NCBI GenBank assembly: GCA_963739135.1
Contig: CAVTZG010000026.1
Location: forward strand, 192,105 to 256,104
Direction: 5' to 3'
From: an uncultured Actinomycetes bacterium
GTDB lineage: Bacteria > Actinomycetota > Actinomycetes > Streptosporangiales > Streptosporangiaceae
Length of the DNA: 64,000 nt
Below, one piece after another: positions 61,927 through 64,000 of this stretch; the stretch's first letter is position 1, and each line of letters opens with the position of its first letter. The notes under the pieces are model-generated. The model did no database searches, was not told the origin of the DNA, and was given only the letters and a program-made list of their open reading frames with translations. A program made the translations under genes and the position numbers.

Positions 61927-63981
61927 GTGGCAGATCCGCACGGCTACCGGCCGGCGCCGGGCGAGATTCCGGAGTCCCCGGGGGTCTACCGGTTCCGTGA
62001 CCAGCGGGGCCGGGTGATCTACGTCGGCAAGGCGAAATCCCTCCGCCAGCGCCTGAACTCCTACTTCGCCGACTTCGCCAGCCTGCACCCGCGCACCCAG
62101 ATGATGCTGCAGACGGCGGCGGGCGTGGAGTGGACCGTGGTCAGCACCGAGGTGGAGGCGCTCCAGCTCGAGTACTCCTGGATCAAGGAGTTCGACCCCC
62201 GGTTCAACGTCAAGTACCGGGATGATAAGAGCTATCCCTACCTGGCCGTCACCATGGGCGAGGAATACCCGCGGGTCATGGTGATGCGCGGCGCCAAGCG
62301 GAAGGGCACCAAGTACTTCGGCCCCTACAGCCACGCCTGGGCCATCCGCGACACGGTGGACACCCTGCTGCGGGTGTTCCCGGTACGCACCTGCTCGGCG
62401 GGCGTGTTCAAGCGGTCGGGCCAGATCGGCCGGCCTTGCCTGCTCGGCTACATCGGCAAGTGCTCCGCGCCCTGCGTCAAGCGGATCAGCGCGGCGGGGC
62501 ACCGCGCCCTGGCCGAGGACTTCTGCGACTTCATGGCCGGGCAGACCAGCCGGTTCGCCAGCCGGCTGGAGGCCGATATGAAGGAAGCGGCGCGGCTGGA
62601 GGAATTCGAGCGGGCGGCGAGGCTCCGCGACGACCTGCGGGCCCTGGAGCGGGCCATCGAGAAGCAGGCCGTGGTGCTCGGCGACGGCACGGACTGCGAC
62701 GTCATCGCGCTGGCCGAAGACCAGCTCGAGGCAGCGGTGCAGGTCTTCTACGTGCGCGGCGGCCGGGTCCGCGGGCAGCGCGGCTGGGTGCTGGACAAGG
62801 TCGAGGACGTGACCCCCGCCGGGCTGGTGGAGCACTTCCTGGGCCAGGTCTACGGCGACACGCCGGACGACGCCGAGGCGGTCAACGCCGGCATCCCCCG
62901 TGAGGTCCTGGTGCCCGAGCTGCCGCCCGACCCGGCCAGCATGGCGCAGTGGCTGGCCGAACGCCGCGGCGGCCCGGTCAGCCTGCGGGTGCCGCAGCGC
63001 GGCGACAAGAAGGCGCTGCTCGAGACTGTGGCCCGCAATGCGGGCGCGGCGCTCGCCCTGCACAAGACCCGCCGGGCCAGCGACCTGACCACCCGGAGCA
63101 AGGCGCTGAGCGAGATCCAGGAGGGGCTCGGCCTGGACGACGCGCCGCTGCGGATCGAGTGCTACGACGTGTCGAACCTGCAGGGCACGCACGTGGTGGC
63201 GTCGATGGTCGTGTTCGAGGACGGACTGGCCCGCAAGAGCGAGTACCGCCGGTTCGCGATCAAGGGCACCGATGGCACCGACGATATCTCGGCCATCCAC
63301 GAGGTCATCAGCCGCCGGTTCCGCCGCTACCTGGCCGAGCGGGAGAAAACCGGGGAACTGGACACCCTCGGCGACCCAGAAGGCGCCGAAGATCAAGATC
63401 AAGAACCTGACTCCGAACGGGCCGTGGTGACAGCCCAGAGGAAATTCGCCTACCCGCCCAACCTGGTGGTCGTGGACGGCGGACCCGGCCAGGCCGCCGC
63501 GGCGGCCCGGGCCCTGGCTGAGCTGGGCATCGACGACGTGGCCGTCTGCGGCCTGGCCAAGCGCCTGGAGGAGGTATGGCTGCCGGGCGAGGAGTACCCG
63601 GTCATCCTGCCCCGCAGCAGCGAGGGACTGTACCTGCTGCAGCGGGTCAGGGACGAGGCCCACCGGTTCGCGATCACCTATCACCGGCAGAAGCGCAGCA
63701 AGGCCGCCACCGCCAGCGTGCTCGACGATGTGCCGGGACTCGGCCCGGCCCGGCGCGCGGCCCTGCTCAAGCACTTCGGCTCGGTGCGTAAGCTCTGCGC
63801 AGCGAGCGCAGAAGAGATCGCCGCCGTACCGGGCATCGGCCCCCGGCTGGCCGTCACGATCGCCACAGTATTGGCCGGGGGGACGACCCCCCAAGACCCC
63901 CCCGCTCCTGGGGGGAAACCTTTCCCCCCAGACCCCCTCGGCCCCAGACCCCCCTTGGGAGAACGTCATGAGGACGGCTGA
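61927..63981 (+). CDS. uvrC: excinuclease ABC subunit C
   Basis: [31 protein letters not shown], the UvrB-interacting region and C-terminal (HhH)2 [18 protein letters not shown]...VPGIGPRLA. The last ~30 codons come from a repeat copy. Confidence 0.95.
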   Translation: MADPHGYRPAPGEIPESPGVYRFRDQRGRVIYVGKAKSLRQRLNSYFADFASLHPRTQMMLQTAAGVEWTVVSTEVEALQLEYSWIKEFDPRFNVKYRDDKSYPYLAVTMGEEYPRVMVMRGAKRKGTKYFGPYSHAWAIRDTVDTLLRVFPVRTCSAGVFKRSGQIGRPCLLGYIGKCSAPCVKRISAAGHRALAEDFCDFMAGQTSRFASRLEADMKEAARLEEFERAARLRDDLRALERAIEKQAVVLGDGTDCDVIALAEDQLEAAVQVFYVRGGRVRGQRGWVLDKVEDVTPAGLVEHFLGQVYGDTPDDAEAVNAGIPREVLVPELPPDPASMAQWLAERRGGPVSLRVPQRGDKKALLETVARNAGAALALHKTRRASDLTTRSKALSEIQEGLGLDDAPLRIECYDVSNLQGTHVVASMVVFEDGLARKSEYRRFAIKGTDGTDDISAIHEVISRRFRRYLAEREKTGELDTLGDPEGAEDQDQEPDSERAVVTAQRKFAYPPNLVVVDGGPGQAAAAARALAELGIDDVAVCGLAKRLEEVWLPGEEYPVILPRSSEGLYLLQRVRDEAHRFAITYHRQKRSKAATASVLDDVPGLGPARRAALLKHFGSVRKLCAASAEEIAAVPGIGPRLAVTIATVLAGGTTPQDPPAPGGKPFPPDPLGPRPPLGERHEDG
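63872..63962 (+). repeat. G-run/C-run dispersed repeat, copy at uvrC 3' end
   Basis: ccggggggacgaccccccaagacccccccgctcctggggggaaacctttccccccagaccccctcggccccagaccccccttgggag. Collinear with parts of copy 1. Confidence 0.8.
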
Positions 63982-64000
63982 CGACCCGGCGGACATCGTC

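Noticed and set aside
61900-63996. N-terminal ~700 aa of the 1526-aa minus-strand ORF 59416..63996
   Set aside because: This part is antisense to uvrC. Only the segment below 61830 (MMPL) is credible coding sequence.
63968-64000. ATG-initiated ORF start ([11 protein letters not shown]) after uvrC, possibly the RapZ-like gene usually found there
   Set aside because: Only 11 codons are visible, which is too little to support a call.

Overview
Very GC-rich (by eye, not computed) actinobacterial chromosomal segment, mostly housekeeping genes with three accessory or unusual regions. The housekeeping backbone, in order, is:
- ccdA (partial)
- a GT87 mannosyltransferase
- fadA-fadB
- a DUF885 protein
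- prfC
- a CDP-alcohol phosphatidyltransferase
- a mannose-1-P guanylyltransferase/PMM fusion
- the conserved FHA-MerR-DUF151 nuclease-MerR block
- a glycine riboswitch followed by gcvP
- a NOX-like reductase/FMN-binding/ApbE module
- a P450, an MMPL transporter and uvrC

The three unusual regions are:
1. About 10 kb of same-strand genes sits between the last MerR gene and the gcvP riboswitch. It encodes a transmembrane PP2C phosphatase, an uncharacterised two-Rossmann flavoprotein-like protein, a small 4-TM protein, a zinc-ribbon FHA protein, a CPA2 antiporter and two Ser/Thr kinases.
2. An ~11 kb minus-strand type-IV-secretion-like module has VirB1/B8/B6/B4-like genes, a TcpE(VirB3)-like::ParA/MinD-like fusion and a small pilin-sized membrane protein. 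No relaxase, coupling protein or integrase is present in the window. A zone of gene decay lies next to it.
3. A dispersed family of G-run/C-run repeat elements lies in frame inside fadB (twice), at the 3' ends of uvrC and the MMPL gene, and between the two kinase genes.

Other notable items are an ISAzo13-like IS with ~80-bp inverted repeats, a frameshifted MMPL gene, PolX and CocE/NonD gene remnants, and several coding tandem repeats. Many long Arg/Gly/Pro-rich ORFs in the track are antisense shadows of real genes and were rejected. No rRNA, tRNA or CRISPR array was recognised.
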